Shown here in pieces: positions 29,352-39,083 of a stretch of DNA of 64,000 bases. This DNA is from Staphylococcus epidermidis. Lineage in GTDB: Bacteria; Bacillota_I; Bacilli_A; RFN20; CAG-826. The stretch spans positions 21,656 to 85,655 of the forward strand of contig CAMBSI010000001.1 in the NCBI GenBank assembly GCA_945870555.1, in the 5' to 3' direction. Every line of letters begins with the position of its first letter. Position 1 is the stretch's first letter. Made by a program: the position numbers and the translations under genes. The notes under the pieces are model-generated. The model was not told the origin of the DNA. It saw nothing but the letters and a program-made list of their open reading frames with translations, and searched no databases.

Positions 29352-31748
29352 ATGAAATTTTCTTATGAATGGCTAACCAAACTTGTTGATTTAAAAGACC
29401 TTTCACCACGCGACGTCGCCAATGCTTTTGATCGAGCGGGTATTGAGGTTGAATCGGTAACACCTTTGGTCAATGCAAGCCAAATTACGACCGGTCTTGT
29501 CAAACAAAGAACCATGATTGAAGGTAGTAATCATTTATCAAAAGTCCTCGTTGATACAGGAAAGCATGGTTTAAGAACCATCGTTTGTGGCGCGAGTAAT
29601 ATTCGTGAAGGCCAAAAAGTTTTGGTCGCATTACCTGGGGCAATCCTACCTAAATTAACGATTCAAGAATCTGTGATAAAAGGTGTCACCTCTCAAGGGA
29701 TGGTTTGTGCGTTAAATGAAATAGGCGTTGATCCAAAGTTTTTGACACCGACACAACTCGAAGGCATCGAAATCTTAGATGCGCAAACGCAAATTGGCGA
29801 TGATAAGATTTTAGAAACGCTAGGTTTAAAAGACACCATCATTGAACTAAAATTACTTGCCAATCGTCCTGACCTTTGGGCCATGGAAGGAATTGCGATT
29901 GAAGTTGCTGGTTTATTAAACCGCTCCTTAATCGTTCAAGAAAAACCAAAGACTATTCCGCTAAAACCAAGCAGTTTTAAAGTCGAGATTCAAATTGAAA
30001 AAGTGAAGCAGTTTTCTATCCGCGTGATTGAAGGAATTAAACCAGCCTTAACGCCTAATTGGATGAAGCAACGCTTAATCGCAAGTGGAATTCGCCCTAT
30101 TTCTTTTTTGGTGGATATCGGAAATTATGTGATGGTCCAAACTGGTCAACCCTTACACATGTATGATCTTAAAAAATTACCGAGTAAACAATTAACGTTG
30201 GTCGATTCATCAAAAGAGAATTTTGTGGCGTTGGATGCAAAAACTTATGCTATCCAACCTGGTGATATCGTCATTAAAAGTGGCCCTAGCATCATGTGTT
30301 TAGCTGGTGTCATGGGGGCACAAACATGTGCCGTTGATGCCAACACACAAGACATTGCCATTGAGGCGGCATCCTTTGATTCAGCATCCATTCGTAAAAC
30401 CGCACTTCGGCTAAATTTAATTTCCGATGCCTCGATTCGATTTGCAAAAGGAATTGATTTAACAAACTTTGAACGTGTCTTAGCATGGACAACCCAATTG
30501 ATTCAATCGTTGACGACGATTCAAAGTGTTAGTCAATCTGTGAGCGTTAATCGTCTCGCGATGAATCCGGTTTATGTTTTATGGACAAGTGATGCCATCA
30601 ACGGCATCCTTTCAACCCGATTTACTGACAATGATATCAAACAAGCCTTATCGCGATTTGGGATTCTTTCAACGCAAGCTTCTCAATGGTATCAAGCGTC
30701 CATTCCTCCACATCGTAAAGACCTGATGGATGTTTCAGATTTAGCTGAAGAAGTCATCCGGTTGATTGGATTTGAATCCATTCAATCGACACCGATGCCC
30801 CTTCATATTCAAGCGGGTGGCTTAAGTGAAAAACAAGAAAAAATCCGTCTCATAAAAAGTTATCTTGCAAGTCAAGGTTTAGATGAAACCCTCACCTATT
30901 CTTTGGTTGAAGAACGATGGATGCAAGGTTTTCAATTGCTTCAACCATTAAAACCTTGGATTTTAAAAAATCCTTTGTCGGAAGAACGCAAACATATCAG
31001 AACCGATATCGTGGGATCTTTATTGCAAGTGGTTCAATATAACCTAGCCCGACAAGTCAATGAAGGTAAGATATTTGAAGTTTCGCAAATTTCTTACCAA
31101 GGCGGAGAAGGTTTACAATTAGGAATCGCCCTTTTTGGTGAGTCATCATTGCGATCAGCGATGCAACCTCAACCAAAAACTTTCTATCAACTCAAAGGCT
31201 TGATCGAAGGCATCCTCGATTTACTTCAAATTGAAACCACCCGTTACCAATGGGTTAGCGAACCTAACTTATCCCACATATTACATCCAGGTCGTAGTGC
31301 GGTATTGATGATTCAAAATCAACGCATCGGTGTGATTGGACAACTTACCCCGACCTTGCAAACGTCATTGGATTTAGGTAAACCACCTGTATATGTCGCC
31401 CAAGTTGACCTTTTGGCGCTTTTAGGTTTTAAGACAAGCTTATTAAAGTTAAAGGCAATACCAAGGTTTCCGTCTGTTACGAGGGACTTGGCTTTTTATG
31501 TTCCAGAAACCATCTCTTTTGCTCAGGTAGTGAAATCCGTTAAAAAAGCAGGAAAAAAACTTGTCCAGGATGTCTTGTTGTTTGATTTATATCAAGGAAA
31601 TCAACTTCCTAAGGGTCAAATTGCAATGGCGATTCGCATCATTCTATTGGATGATCAAAAAACGCTACAAGAAGATGAAATTCATCAAACAATGATGTCG
31701 ATAAAATCTAGTCTCGTTACTGAATGTCAGATTACCCTTCGAAGTTAG
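29352..31748 (+). CDS. pheT: Phenylalanyl-tRNA synthetase beta subunit
   Basis: 798 aa with tRNA-binding, B3/B4, B5 and anticodon-binding-like domains. Follows pheS. Confidence 0.95.
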   Translation: MKFSYEWLTKLVDLKDLSPRDVANAFDRAGIEVESVTPLVNASQITTGLVKQRTMIEGSNHLSKVLVDTGKHGLRTIVCGASNIREGQKVLVALPGAILPKLTIQESVIKGVTSQGMVCALNEIGVDPKFLTPTQLEGIEILDAQTQIGDDKILETLGLKDTIIELKLLANRPDLWAMEGIAIEVAGLLNRSLIVQEKPKTIPLKPSSFKVEIQIEKVKQFSIRVIEGIKPALTPNWMKQRLIASGIRPISFLVDIGNYVMVQTGQPLHMYDLKKLPSKQLTLVDSSKENFVALDAKTYAIQPGDIVIKSGPSIMCLAGVMGAQTCAVDANTQDIAIEAASFDSASIRKTALRLNLISDASIRFAKGIDLTNFERVLAWTTQLIQSLTTIQSVSQSVSVNRLAMNPVYVLWTSDAINGILSTRFTDNDIKQALSRFGILSTQASQWYQASIPPHRKDLMDVSDLAEEVIRLIGFESIQSTPMPLHIQAGGLSEKQEKIRLIKSYLASQGLDETLTYSLVEERWMQGFQLLQPLKPWILKNPLSEERKHIRTDIVGSLLQVVQYNLARQVNEGKIFEVSQISYQGGEGLQLGIALFGESSLRSAMQPQPKTFYQLKGLIEGILDLLQIETTRYQWVSEPNLSHILHPGRSAVLMIQNQRIGVIGQLTPTLQTSLDLGKPPVYVAQVDLLALLGFKTSLLKLKAIPRFPSVTRDLAFYVPETISFAQVVKSVKKAGKKLVQDVLLFDLYQGNQLPKGQIAMAIRIILLDDQKTLQEDEIHQTMMSIKSSLVTECQITLRS

Positions 31749-31772
31749 AACAACTTACGTAAATCGCGATTG

Positions 31773-31806
31773 AAAGCAAACCCATCAAAAATGTTTGCTT
31801 TTTTTC
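31773..31806 (+). terminator. Intrinsic terminator after pheT
   Basis: AAAGCAAAC..(loop)..GTTTGCTTT followed by T7. Confidence 0.65.
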
Positions 31807-31816
31807 TTTCGTTCTC

Positions 31817-31848
31817 TATAATAAAGGCAAGGTGGGAGGAAGTGGGAG
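31817..31848 (+). promoter_or_regulatory. mraZ promoter -10 (TATAAT 31817-31822) plus two GTGGGAG direct repeats at 10-bp spacing (31832-31838, 31842-31848)
   Basis: Direct repeat with helical periodicity immediately upstream of the mraZ ATG. Resembles MraZ-binding repeats (TGGG-type) and also overlaps the SD. Confidence 0.4.
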
Positions 31849-31850
31849 AA

Positions 31851-32276
31851 ATGTTTTTTGGAAGTTATCAATATAACTTAGACGATAAAGGAAGACTTGT
31901 TATTCCTGCAAAAATGCGTTCGGAATCAGGTCCAGTCCTGTTTGCAATGCGTGGATTTGAGCATTGTTTATCGCTCTACACTCAAACAACCTTTGCCCAA
32001 TTGGTGCAACAAGTGAATACGTATGACTTTAACCAAACGAATGTGCGCCAATACCTTCGTACTGCATTAGCATCTGTGATTGAGCTAACCATCGATGACC
32101 ATGGTCGTATTCAAATTCCGCTAGAAACGATTAAACAGTTTAAATTAGAAAAAACTGTAAAAATTGTTGGGATTAATGATCACCTTGAAATTTGGGGCGC
32201 AGCCGCCTGGGAAAAATACCAAACAGAAGCTGCAAATCATTTTGAAGACCATGCAGCGAATCTTACGAAAAAATAA
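31851..32276 (+). CDS. mraZ: Transcriptional regulator MraZ
   Basis: MFFGSYQYNLDDKGRLVIPAKMR and a second DxxxR-type repeat, 141 aa. The ORF opens at TTG 31770 but the conserved MraZ N-terminus begins at ATG 31851. Confidence 0.9.
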   Translation: MFFGSYQYNLDDKGRLVIPAKMRSESGPVLFAMRGFEHCLSLYTQTTFAQLVQQVNTYDFNQTNVRQYLRTALASVIELTIDDHGRIQIPLETIKQFKLEKTVKIVGINDHLEIWGAAAWEKYQTEAANHFEDHAANLTKK

Positions 32277-33211
32277 TGGAACATGAACCAGTATTACTAA
32301 GTGAAGTGATTGAAGGACTTCACATACAACCCAAAGGAATCTATCTAGATTTAACGATAGGAAGAGGAGGACACGCTAGCAAAATTTATGAAAAGTTAAC
32401 CACAGGCAAGCTCATCGGTTTCGATCAAGACGCATCTGCGATTACAGCGTTGCAACCTTGGCTGAAGGACCACCCTCGTGCACAAGTCTTCCATGAAAAC
32501 TTTGTGAATGTTGAAAGTAAATTAACGGCATTAGGCATTGACCAAGTTGATGGTATCTTGCTCGATTTAGGGGTTTCAAGTCCACAATTTGATGTTCCAG
32601 AACGTGGGTTTAGTTATCGATTTAATGGACCATTAGACATGCGAATGGATCAACGGCAAAAAATAACCGCAGCAACCTTACTTGCCACACGTGACATTAA
32701 AAGCCTTACCACCATGTTTAGAGACTATGCAGATGAAACCTTTGCATTCCCAATTGCCAAAGCGATTGTGAATACTCGAACTGAAAAACCATTACTGACA
32801 ACGTATGAATTGGTTGATTTAATTAAAAAAGTAAAACCAGCAAAGGCACTCAGCAAAAAAGGGCATCCAGCAAAACAAGTATTCCAAGCGTTAAGAATTG
32901 CAGTCAATGACGAAATCAATATGTTAAAACAAACTTTAGCATCAACAGTTCGCTTATTAAAACCTTCTGGAAGAATGGCAGTCATTAGTTTCCACTCAGG
33001 CGAAGATCGCATCGTGAAACAATGGTTTCAAAACCTCACCGTCATCGAAGGAAGTCGCAGAGGATTACAAGTTTATTTACCAAACCAACCACTCGCTTAT
33101 GCCAAAGTTAAACCCTATCCCATCCTACCAACTCAAGAAGAAATTTCTCGTAACCATCGCGCTGAGAGTGCAGTATTAAGGATCATCGAAAGGAAAAAGG
33201 ATGAAGAGTAA
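32276..33211 (+). CDS. rsmH: 16S rRNA (cytosine1402-N4)-methyltransferase RsmH (MraW)
   Basis: HEPVLL...DLTIGRGGHA and LDLGVSSPQ motifs. Confidence 0.95.
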   Translation: MEHEPVLLSEVIEGLHIQPKGIYLDLTIGRGGHASKIYEKLTTGKLIGFDQDASAITALQPWLKDHPRAQVFHENFVNVESKLTALGIDQVDGILLDLGVSSPQFDVPERGFSYRFNGPLDMRMDQRQKITAATLLATRDIKSLTTMFRDYADETFAFPIAKAIVNTRTEKPLLTTYELVDLIKKVKPAKALSKKGHPAKQVFQALRIAVNDEINMLKQTLASTVRLLKPSGRMAVISFHSGEDRIVKQWFQNLTVIEGSRRGLQVYLPNQPLAYAKVKPYPILPTQEEISRNHRAESAVLRIIERKKDEE

Positions 33212-33515
33212 ACTTTATAAAACTCATCGAAAACCATCCTACTATCGCTTAAGGCGACTAGGTTATTTTTCCTTATCCTTAATGATTGCGACCATCATCG
33301 TTGTGGTTCCGATCACCCTTGCCCAAGCGAGCACATCACAAGCCTCAAATTCAAGTGCTTCATCCATGCCAATTGATAGTGAATCGAATGGTACCAGCTT
33401 AGATAGTAGTGAGTTTCAAACAAGTCAATCCACATCGTTAGATGTAGAAGAACCCTCATCGCAATCGGATAGTGCGGATGTAACGATCCCAACCCGAGTG
33501 TTGATTGAAGCATAA
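33201..33515 (+). CDS. Small single-pass membrane protein with a Ser/Thr-rich extracytoplasmic tail (FtsL position)
   Basis: Basic N-terminus, one TM (FSLSLMIATIIVVVPITLA), then a low-complexity S/T/Q-rich tail. Sits between rsmH and ftsA where ftsL normally lies. Confidence 0.4.
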   Translation: MKSKLYKTHRKPSYYRLRRLGYFSLSLMIATIIVVVPITLAQASTSQASNSSASSMPIDSESNGTSLDSSEFQTSQSTSLDVEEPSSQSDSADVTIPTRVLIEA

Positions 33516-33526
33516 AAGGAGATTAT

Positions 33527-33706
33527 ATGGATACGATTTCAATACAAAATACAAAAACCTTAGAAAAAGTGTTTACCAGTGAATTACAACAAAGAAAATT
33601 GCTTCGGCAAAATCGTCGGCAATTACTTCTCGGTGTTTTCATGATTACCACGATCATTTTAGGTTTATATATTTTTACACCATTATTTGAATTGATCAAT
33701 TACTAA
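33527..33706 (+). CDS. Unannotated 59-aa single-TM protein (FtsL/DivIC-like topology)
   Basis: MDTISIQNTKTLEKVFTSELQQRKLLRQNRRQLLLGVFMITTIILGLYIFTPLFELINY. Strong SD AAAGGAG 5 nt upstream. Below the 60-aa cutoff of the ORF track. Confidence 0.4.
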   Translation: MDTISIQNTKTLEKVFTSELQQRKLLRQNRRQLLLGVFMITTIILGLYIFTPLFELINY

Positions 33707-33720
33707 GCCAAGAAGGAAAT

Positions 33721-34944
33721 ATGACGAACGATATCTCAATCTTTATTCTCGAAATTGGTTCTGGAACCATTAAACTCCTTGCTGGTTATGAGCTAAATGC
33801 GAAGCCAGTTATTTTACATATTATGCAATCGGATTATCAACGCATCATAGCCCAAGATAAACTTGTTGATCCAACCAAAACCAGTTTGGTCATCAAGAAG
33901 TTAATTCGTGATATGGAAATCCATGTTGGCAAAAAGTGCGATTCCATTCAAGTCGTGCTTCCTCCGATTCATCTTGACGTCTTTCATGGTGAAAAACGTA
34001 CGAATACTGTTGACCCCAATGGCATCATTCATCCGATGGATATTCATAACTTATATTCGATGTTTCAAAAAGAATTTGTTGGCAACAATGTTGCTCAAGT
34101 ATCCATCGTTCCGATGGGTTACCAAATTGATGGGGATAAATATTCTTTAAATCCACCAGTTGGCGAGCAAACCTCCAATATTGTCTTGCAAGCATATGTT
34201 CAATATATTCATCATCATTTCTTCCAAGAAGTTTTCAGCATGTTTGAAAGTTTGGGAATCAAAGTTAAACGATATATTCTTGATGCGCAAGGCATTGCGG
34301 ATATCATTGAAACCCAATATAAAGATTTTGTCTCCTCTTATGTTTTAATTGACCACGGGGCAAATCAAACGTATTTAAATTTAATTTCTCAACATAAATT
34401 AATTCGATCTGAAGTGATAGAAAATGGATCAGAACAATTAACTGCCATCATCGCCAATCGTTTTGGCATTCAATTGAATGAAGCTCGTCAATTGAAAGAA
34501 AAATATGGATTTGAAACCAGAGAAAAAATCTTTGATGGGATGATTTATCAACACAATGGGATTGTCATTCGCCAATCCAACTTTAATCAAGTCATCAAAG
34601 AATTTTATGATCAATTGATGGAAGAAATGATGATGGTCCTACAAGAATATCGCGTCGATAAAGAAACCGTAGATTTAACTGATATGAAATTTGTCATCAC
34701 CGGTGGCGGCGCATCTTTACCTGGCATTGTCACCATTCTTAAAACCTTTGGGCGTGGTCAAGGCGTTGAAAAGCCATATATTCGGACGATTGGTGCAAGA
34801 CAAACCCAAACCCTTTCTTTGTTGGGTGGGTTAAGGTTTAGTTATCGTTATACCTTGGTCGAAGATGATGTTCGCATTCAAACCAAACTTGAACGCCAAC
34901 CGCTGTCAACGAAGCGACGATTTGTGAATTATGAAGAAGAATAA
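33721..34944 (+). CDS. ftsA: Cell division protein FtsA (divergent)
   Basis: Actin-fold ATPase with a GGGA phosphate-2-like motif (VITGGGASLPGI), directly upstream of ftsZ. Confidence 0.7.
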   Translation: MTNDISIFILEIGSGTIKLLAGYELNAKPVILHIMQSDYQRIIAQDKLVDPTKTSLVIKKLIRDMEIHVGKKCDSIQVVLPPIHLDVFHGEKRTNTVDPNGIIHPMDIHNLYSMFQKEFVGNNVAQVSIVPMGYQIDGDKYSLNPPVGEQTSNIVLQAYVQYIHHHFFQEVFSMFESLGIKVKRYILDAQGIADIIETQYKDFVSSYVLIDHGANQTYLNLISQHKLIRSEVIENGSEQLTAIIANRFGIQLNEARQLKEKYGFETREKIFDGMIYQHNGIVIRQSNFNQVIKEFYDQLMEEMMMVLQEYRVDKETVDLTDMKFVITGGGASLPGIVTILKTFGRGQGVEKPYIRTIGARQTQTLSLLGGLRFSYRYTLVEDDVRIQTKLERQPLSTKRRFVNYEEE

Positions 34945-34963
34945 AAAGGAATGAGGATACCTT

Positions 34964-36094
34964 ATGGGAAAAGAAAAGTTTATCTTGGATAATACGGAGC
35001 CAGCTGCAAGAATCATTGTGATTGGTGTTGGTGGTGGTGGTAACAATGCAGTCAATCGTATGATTGCAGAAAACATGACCCATGTTGAATTTTATGTTGC
35101 AAATACGGACAAACAAGTCTTACAAACCTCTCAAGCAAAAAATCGATTAATTTTGGGGCAAAAAACAACCAATGGTTTAGGTGCAGGTGGATCTCCAGAA
35201 GTTGGTAAACTTGCAGCCGAAGAAAGTAAAGAAGAAATCGCAGAAATTGTCAAAGGTGCCAATATGGTTTTTATCGCTGCAGGGATGGGTGGTGGAACCG
35301 GGACTGGCGCTGCGCCTGTGATTGCTCGCATCGCCCGCGAAGCAAAAGCACTCACCATCGCTATTGTCACCCGACCATTTACATTTGAAGGTAAAGGAAG
35401 AATCGCCAATTCCGTCAAAGGCCTTAATGAATTGCGTGATGCGGTCGATGCCATCATCATTGTGTCAAATGACAAATTATTGATGAGTTCAGGAAATCAA
35501 CCGATTGGACAAGCGTTTAAGCTTGCCGATGATGTGTTGGCAAGATCGGTGAAAACAGTCACAGACTTAATCTTGATGCCTTCGGTGATTAATTTAGACT
35601 TTGCCGATGTGCGAAATGTTTTGAAAAATTCAGGATTAGCCTTGATTGGTTTTGGATTAGGACAAGGTCCAAACAAAGCCTTTGAAGCTGCGCAAAGTGC
35701 CGTGAGTTCTCCTTTACTTGAATCGAGTTTAGCTGGTGCGACCAAAGCAATTGTCGCCGTCACATGTGGTCCGCTTGTTTCCTTATATGAAGCCCAAGAA
35801 ACCGTCGATCGGGTTCGCGAAATTGCGGGAACCAATCTTGATATTAAGTTTGGGGTGAATATCAACGACCAATTAACGGATCAAATCTTAGTCTCGGTCA
35901 TCGGCGCACAATTCCCTGAAGAATATGATTACACCACCGTTCCAAGTCCATTAACAAAAGGGATGCAAAATCCAGCAAAAAATGACAACGATCAAAGTAT
36001 ACTAAAACCTCAAGAATCCAATCCAAAAGTAATGAAAGTTGAAGAAGACGACGATCTATTACCAGAGTTTTTGTCAGGAAAAAAATTATCTTAA
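34964..36094 (+). CDS. ftsZ: Cell division GTPase FtsZ
   Basis: GVGGGGNNAVNRM and GGGTGTGAAPV tubulin signatures. Confidence 0.97.
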   Translation: MGKEKFILDNTEPAARIIVIGVGGGGNNAVNRMIAENMTHVEFYVANTDKQVLQTSQAKNRLILGQKTTNGLGAGGSPEVGKLAAEESKEEIAEIVKGANMVFIAAGMGGGTGTGAAPVIARIAREAKALTIAIVTRPFTFEGKGRIANSVKGLNELRDAVDAIIIVSNDKLLMSSGNQPIGQAFKLADDVLARSVKTVTDLILMPSVINLDFADVRNVLKNSGLALIGFGLGQGPNKAFEAAQSAVSSPLLESSLAGATKAIVAVTCGPLVSLYEAQETVDRVREIAGTNLDIKFGVNINDQLTDQILVSVIGAQFPEEYDYTTVPSPLTKGMQNPAKNDNDQSILKPQESNPKVMKVEEDDDLLPEFLSGKKLS

Positions 36095-36129
36095 TGTCGT
36101 TATAACGTCCTTTTTAAGGTATAATCTAA

Positions 36130-36347
36130 TCATCCCATTGAAGAAGACACATTGAGGAAAATCATAGAGACTTCGTGGTTGGTGAAAACGAAGAAAACCC
36201 CCCAATATCACTTCTGAGCGTGAACTGAAATCAAGTAAGAACACCGGTTACTCCCGTTATCGAGTCCATAAGTGCGTTGCTTGGCAACGAAACAAGGTGG
36301 TACCGCGTGCAATCACGTCCTTGAACTAAAGGACGTTTTCTTTTTTT
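36130..36347 (+). promoter_or_regulatory. T-box riboswitch leader of ileS
   Basis: -10 TATAAT at 36120-36125. T-box core AACAAGGTGGTACCGCG (36291-36307). Terminator CACGTCCTT..AAGGACGTTTTCTTTTTTT (36315-36347). Confidence 0.8.
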
Positions 36348-36362
36348 AGGAGGCATGAAGCC

Positions 36363-39083
36363 ATGGAATTAAAAGAAACTTTATTGATGCCAAAAACAAC
36401 CTTCGACATGAAGGCAAATTTGCCGATAAAAGAACCGGTGATGGTGACGTTTTGGCAAGAACATAGACTCTATGAAAAAATGCGGGAAAAAAATAAAGGA
36501 AAACCAGAATTTCAACTTCATGATGGTCCACCTTATGCGAATGGTGACATTCACGTTGGTCACATGCTCAATCGGATTTTAAAGGATATCGTGGTCCGTT
36601 ATCAAAATATGTCAGGCAAAGATACACCATTTGTGTTTGGATGGGATACTCATGGTTTGCCGATTGAAAATTACATTACTAAAAAAGGCGTCAATCGAAA
36701 GACGATGTCAGTTACTGACTTTAGAAGATTATGTGAAGAGTTTGCAAAAGAACAAGTTGAACGCCAAAAAAATCAAATTCGCCGTTTGGGTGTGATGGGG
36801 GATTATGAGCATCCTTACTTAACCTTACAACCTGAATTTGAAGCGGCTCAAATTGCAGTTTTTGCATCGATGGCATTAAAGGGACTCATTTACAAAGGCT
36901 TAAAACCTGTCCATTGGTCACCAAGTAGTGAATCTGCTTTAGCAGAAGCAGAAATTGTTTATGAAGATGTCACCGATCAAGCGATTCATGTTGGCTTTTC
37001 CGTTGTCAATGGCAAAGGTTTTTTACCTAAGGGTAGTAAAGTCGTCATTTGGACCACGACCCCATGGACGATACCCGCTAATTTAGCCATCAGTGCTCAT
37101 CCACAATTTGAATATGGTTTATATCAAACCAACCTCGGTGAATTGGTGTTTGCGGTTGCCTTAGCGCCACTTGTCAAAACCCAACTCTCACTGACCACAT
37201 GTGAATTGAAAAAGACTTTTAAAGGAAAGCTATTAGAAAACGTTGAAACCAAACATCCTTTTTATGATCGATTATCACCGATTATTTTAGGCGAGCATGT
37301 AACGAGTGACACCGGTACTGGTTTTGTCCATACCGCTCCTGGCCATGGTGAAGAAGACTTTATCGTCGGTCAAAAATATCATCTTGCATCCTTATGCCCG
37401 GTTGATAGCCGTGGCTTTATGACGGAAGAAGCAGGTCAAGATTTAAAAGGATTGTTTTACACCGATGCGAATACAAAAGTGATTGAGATGTTAACATCCA
37501 ATCAATCCTTGCTTGCGATGCATCCTTATTTGCATCCTTATCCTCATGATTGGCGAACTGGAAAACCTTTAATTTATCGAGCAACGCCTCAATGGTTTGC
37601 CTCGATCGACCCAATCCGTGAAACCTTGTTAAAAGAGATTAGCCGCGTTCATTGGACACCAAGTTGGGGTCAAGTTCGTATTCATAACATGATTAAAGAT
37701 CGAGGAGATTGGTGTATTTCTCGACAACGATCATGGGGCGTCCCGATCCCAATTCTTTACCATGAAGATGGAACCCCAATCATTGATAAGCAAGTCTTTG
37801 CACACATTCAATCGCTCATCAAAACGCACGGTAGTTCATATTGGTTTACTGCGACACCTTTGGATTTGTTACCCAAAGGTTATCGCCATGCATCTTCGCC
37901 CAATCGTCAATTTAAGAAAGAAACGGACATCATGGATGTTTGGTTTGATTCCGGTTCAAGTTCCATTGCCGTCTTAAAAGAACGCGGCATGAAGTTTCCT
38001 GCGGATTTATATTTAGAAGGATCTGACCAATACCGTGGTTGGTTTAACTCATCTTTGATTATTGCGGTTGCAACCGAAGGCATATCACCTTACCAAAATA
38101 TTGTTTCCCACGGATTTGTGGTCGATGGCAAAGGTGAAAAAATGTCAAAATCCAAAGGAAACGGTGTTGATCCCTTAAAGATGATGCAAATCTATGGTGC
38201 AGATATCATGCGATTATGGGCTGCCAGTATTGATTACACATCGGATGCTCGCGCTAGCGAAGACATTTTCAAAGGCCATGCAGAAGCGTATCGAAAAATT
38301 CGTAATACATTTAAGTTCATGCTTGGTAATCTTCATGATGGCGATAAGTTTTTTGATCCAACGCGATATCCAATTCAAGCCCATGCTTGGATTGATGACT
38401 TAATCTTAAATCAATTGAATCAAGTGACGAGCGTGGTAAAAAATGCCATGGATGCTTACAATTTTTCCGAAGCAATTGCTGCGATTTTATCTTTTATGAC
38501 CCAAGATCTGTCGGCATTCTATTTAGATATCACGAAAGACATTTTGTATTGTGAAAGCAAAACCTCGTTAAGAAGAATCCAAGTTCAACATGTTTTGTTT
38601 GAAATCACCACCCGACTACTTAAATTGTTAACACCCATCATGCCGTTTACGATGGATGAAATTTATCGCTTACTGCCAAATCAAACCTTGATTTCTTCTC
38701 AACTACTTGATTACCCGAAGTCTCCAAATTTATCTGAAGAAAAAAGTAAAGTTTATCAATCCTTTCTTGCGATCAAAGAAGTCGCAAATAAAGCATTAGA
38801 AACCTTAAGGTCGACCAACGCTATTGGCTCAGCCCAAGAAGCGAGTCTGACCTTACAAGCACCTGCGAGTTTAGCCAAAGCGATGAATGATTTACCATCC
38901 CGAGAACGGCATCGTTTATTTATTACCAGTCATGTCACGATATCGGTTGGGGCAACCATGCAAGCATCTGCCAAACCTTCTGGTGGGCAAAAATGCCCTC
39001 GCTGCTGGAACTATTTTCCAACCTTAAAAACACATCAAGAACATCAGCTTTGTGATCGTTGTTTTGATGTATTGAATGCATGA
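36363..39083 (+). CDS. ileS: Isoleucyl-tRNA synthetase
   Basis: HIGH (HVGHML) and KMSKS motifs, with C-terminal zinc cysteines (CPRCW...CDRC). Confidence 0.96.
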   Translation: MELKETLLMPKTTFDMKANLPIKEPVMVTFWQEHRLYEKMREKNKGKPEFQLHDGPPYANGDIHVGHMLNRILKDIVVRYQNMSGKDTPFVFGWDTHGLPIENYITKKGVNRKTMSVTDFRRLCEEFAKEQVERQKNQIRRLGVMGDYEHPYLTLQPEFEAAQIAVFASMALKGLIYKGLKPVHWSPSSESALAEAEIVYEDVTDQAIHVGFSVVNGKGFLPKGSKVVIWTTTPWTIPANLAISAHPQFEYGLYQTNLGELVFAVALAPLVKTQLSLTTCELKKTFKGKLLENVETKHPFYDRLSPIILGEHVTSDTGTGFVHTAPGHGEEDFIVGQKYHLASLCPVDSRGFMTEEAGQDLKGLFYTDANTKVIEMLTSNQSLLAMHPYLHPYPHDWRTGKPLIYRATPQWFASIDPIRETLLKEISRVHWTPSWGQVRIHNMIKDRGDWCISRQRSWGVPIPILYHEDGTPIIDKQVFAHIQSLIKTHGSSYWFTATPLDLLPKGYRHASSPNRQFKKETDIMDVWFDSGSSSIAVLKERGMKFPADLYLEGSDQYRGWFNSSLIIAVATEGISPYQNIVSHGFVVDGKGEKMSKSKGNGVDPLKMMQIYGADIMRLWAASIDYTSDARASEDIFKGHAEAYRKIRNTFKFMLGNLHDGDKFFDPTRYPIQAHAWIDDLILNQLNQVTSVVKNAMDAYNFSEAIAAILSFMTQDLSAFYLDITKDILYCESKTSLRRIQVQHVLFEITTRLLKLLTPIMPFTMDEIYRLLPNQTLISSQLLDYPKSPNLSEEKSKVYQSFLAIKEVANKALETLRSTNAIGSAQEASLTLQAPASLAKAMNDLPSRERHRLFITSHVTISVGATMQASAKPSGGQKCPRCWNYFPTLKTHQEHQLCDRCFDVLNA

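Noticed and set aside
35131-35865. Two antisense ORFs (114 and 122 aa) inside ftsZ, and similar antisense ORFs inside uvrC (44396-44896), secDF (60303-60623), lon (48012-48377) and valS (52172-52507)
   Set aside because: They lie entirely within well-supported conserved genes on the opposite strand. Their proline/arginine/alanine-rich low-complexity composition is typical of reverse-frame translation of real genes.
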